A stretch of 63,625 nt of DNA, counting the filler, from Nemertoderma westbladi (lineage: Eukaryota > Animalia > Xenacoelomorpha): NCBI GenBank assembly GCA_032718475.1. It is 3 parts of 3 records of this genome, joined end to end, with 100 filler letters (N's around TTAATTAATTAA, not from the genome) between each part and the next. Parts side by side here need not be neighbours in the genome. Positions count along the whole stretch, not along the records: positions 39,574 to 63,625 come from JAUCBJ010003884.1; 2 more parts are not named here. One strand, written 5' to 3'. This document shows positions 60,980 to 63,625 of this stretch, piece by piece (the stretch's first letter is position 1; each line of letters begins with the position of its first letter). The notes beneath the pieces are model-generated. The model made no database searches. It saw only the letters and a list, made by a program, of their open reading frames with translations, and had not been told where the DNA came from. A program made the position numbers and the translations under genes.

Positions 60980-61486
60980 TTACCAACTGGGTTTCTTTAT
61001 GGTACTTCCTTGCGACTGGTAATGATATTCGCGTTCCATCTCCTTGTAGTTCGGTATGAGATCGTCGCTGCAAGCCTCTCCCGGGAAGTAGGCGACACTA
61101 CTCCACAGGCGATGGTACGGGTTCACGAGGAACTTCTCCTGAACGTCGTCCATCTTCATCGCGTTTACGAAGAAATAAGCCAGGAAGAACATAGTTCCCA
61201 CTTTGAGAGTTCCCACGGGGTTTAGAAACGACCGTTCGTTAAAGTAGCGCAGTTTCAGGGCCCATGGTTTGTTCATCCAGCCGTCGTAGAAACGTCCGAG
61301 AAAGTCTCCGATGCGGCTGCGACCCAACTGCCGCGGCTCGTGGGGGGAGAGCACTTGGACCTGGGCCCACCGGCGTCTCCAGTACCGGTGCTCCAGTTCC
61401 TCCTGACGCCATACTCCGCCGTCAGGCCAGCGGCCTGGTGCGGCTGGAGGTTTGTTGGGGTCGACGTATGGCTTGTGTTCGCCCAT
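60980..61486 (-). CDS. NDUFB6: NADH:ubiquinone oxidoreductase subunit B6 (B17), single coding exon
   Basis: WRRRWAQVQVLSPHEP resembles the NDUFB6 RRRWLKDQELSPREP motif; one hydrophobic segment; C-terminal YFPGE resembles IFPGD; 168 aa with an invertebrate-type N-terminal extension. Confidence 0.82.
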   Translation of the reverse strand: MGEHKPYVDPNKPPAAPGRWPDGGVWRQEELEHRYWRRRWAQVQVLSPHEPRQLGRSRIGDFLGRFYDGWMNKPWALKLRYFNERSFLNPVGTLKVGTMFFLAYFFVNAMKMDDVQEKFLVNPYHRLWSSVAYFPGEACSDDLIPNYKEMEREYHYQSQGSTIKKPSW

Positions 61487-62190
61487 TAGTTAGGTCTCTA
61501 GGAAGACGTTATGCCAGTATGTCCAGATGTCAGTCGTCCGTCCAGGTCGCCTGAAAGCACTACAGTACTAAGCCAGTAGGCAGGTACAGAGGTAGGATTT
61601 AGTAGGCCTAGGTCTAGCGCAGTACAGCAGTATGTAGTAGCGCCTAGCACCTATGACTGTATGACCTAGGTCAGTGTCATGTAGGTCAGTAAATCTTAAT
61701 CTTCTTCAAAATCGAGAAGGTACGTTGTGAGATGAGAACCCAGACAGCACACTAGGCCTATCTGCCTATACCATACAGCCGTAGCCGCATTGTTCGGGTG
61801 TTGATGTTATCTTACAACAGTACACACACAGTAGGCCCTACAACTGTACAATACAATATGTGATACCGATAACTGGATAATGGACGATGCAACCAACAGT
61901 TGGCGTACTGCTGTACTGGCGTAGGCCTACGTTTTTACGTTCTTGTTAGATGTATACACACAGAATGACGTGTGAGGTACCTACTGTACCTCAGTAGCAG
62001 TACCTACAGTCAGACAGTAGGATATAGTACAGTAGTACCTACAGTCAGACAGTAGGATATCCTATCTCTGTATCTTGATTAATCGTCCACTTTTTAGAAA
62101 TATATGTGGACGATAAAACAGGAAATTTGATTTTATCATAGTCTGACAGTTATACAGTTATACCCCCCATATGCCATATAAGATTGGATA

Positions 62191-63111
62191 TTGAGGTACT
62201 GTAGAGCAGAATGCGATTTTAGCTCATTTGCTTCACCTCAATAAACTATCTTGCACTGCCTCAATTTCTTGTCTATCAACAGATGGTTGATGTACAAACC
62301 AGCCAATTCCATTCCAGTATTCTAAATACTGCTCTCATTGGCAGTACAGACTGATAGGTTGGTTGTCATTAGCAAACTACAGTTACTTTGAAGTTTGCAC
62401 TGACTTTACTCTCTTTGGGGAAGGGACCCCGCCCGATAAGTGAGACCGGGCCGGGGGGACTGGACACAAATCCCATCTTGGCGAATTAATATCCCGCGCC
62501 TCAATGTTAAATTCCAAATTTAGGGAAAGTAGCAGGTTACAGTGGCACGCTATTGTAACAAAAACAATGAACTAATCACAACAGAACAAGTTACAGTTTT
62601 ATTTTTAAGAGTATTCAGCGGATATTTCCCCTGGAGAGGGATGAATTTTTATTGCGATAAGTGTAAAACAATATCTGAAGTTTTGTTGCATACATAATCC
62701 AACAAGTTGAAGAATGAGTGTTCAAGTGGGAATTCGAATTCTGTAGTTCAGTTTCATATGAATTGAATTCGTCGGAGGATTATCTGAGTGGAGCGTGTAA
62801 TTGTAATAAAGTATAGGCTACTTTTCTGCTGTTTTATAGTAAAAGTAAACAGTTACCGTAAAGTTTAATAATTTGATATAAAGTAGCTTTACCGCTAATT
62901 AAATTATGATAATAAATTATGATAAATAATTTAGTAATTACTCGGGAAACCCGTCGATATAGTGGAAGTACAGTAGGTGCATTCTTCTTGCAATGTCACC
63001 CATCATAACAACCAGTTACTTTTAGACTGATAGACAAGAAATTGATTGGAGTGCAAGATAGTTTATTGTGGTGAAGCAAACGAGTTAAAATCGCATTCTG
63101 GTCTACCTCAG
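62191..63111. mobile_element. MITE with ~100-bp TIRs and TA TSD (Tc1/mariner-like)
   Basis: TGAGGTAG..CAGAATGCGATTTT..TTGCTTCAC..AATAAACTATCTTGCACT is inverted at ~63025-63111; TA at 62189-90 and 63112-13. Confidence 0.8.
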
Positions 63112-63625
63112 TATCTATCTAATTTTATGTTCATATCCCTCCAAGAATGTATTCGATAAATGCGTCACCAAAATAATCTGAATATGATATTGCAGCAAAA
63201 TTTACCTGAGTCCCCATTTTACCAACACACACTGGCAACCACTCCATGGATACTTACAGTCCCTATCTCATTCTGAATATCATTTCTCAAACTGGGTATC
63301 ATTTCTCAAAACTTTTACTAATGATAGTCAACGGAAAATTTCAGTAGGTAAGACCAGGTAGTAGGTAAGTAGTTAAGAAATCAGGAAGATGCAGCCAGCT
63401 CAATCTAACTCAAACTAGAGTCTGGCGCCATGGTTTGAGTTAGGTTGACCTCCAACTGTGCCATACTCAGCGTTGCTGTTCCTGTACGGGATGGTTAATT
63501 ACTCTGGTTGAGTGAGGCACCACATGGGGAAGGGGCCTCTGTCTGCTGCTTGGGCTCTTGAGGTAATGGGTTGAATTACATAAGCTGGGCAGGCCGGCTT
63601 GCATGTGTCTCATAAAAGACATGTC

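Noticed and set aside
63400-63625. GC-richer segment, possibly a LINE 5' UTR or HDV-like ribozyme
   Set aside because: Truncated by the window edge, and I could not build the nested pseudoknot.

Overview
AT-rich, repeat-saturated animal (probably bilaterian invertebrate) genomic DNA in three pieces joined by artificial 100-nt linkers (44N-TTAATTAATTAA-44N). I recognise only two host genes, both on the minus strand with uninterrupted coding sequences: a full-length DENND5/Rab6IP1 (41726-45649) and complex I subunit NDUFB6 (60980-61486). The rest is layered mobile DNA: a BEL/Pao gag-protease with PBS, Gypsy fragments, a deleted LTR element with a possible DEDDy exonuclease ORF, a LINE with an intact ORF2, RTE and L2 fragments, a roughly triplicated 4-5 kb segment, satellites, and many nested non-autonomous DNA transposons whose TIRs and TSDs can be read directly (piggyBac-, Tc1/pogo-, hAT-, MULE-, Ginger-, Sola-like). 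Most notable: (1) a transposon-borne array of seven co-oriented CTCF-like sites, several with a correctly spaced upstream TGCAG motif, just 5' of DENND5; (2) TA-CTG-TA/TA-GGC-TA insertions that are present in one paralogous copy and absent in another, consistent with excision footprints, with the same motifs densely packed upstream of both host genes. Family assignments come from recalled motifs, not database searches.
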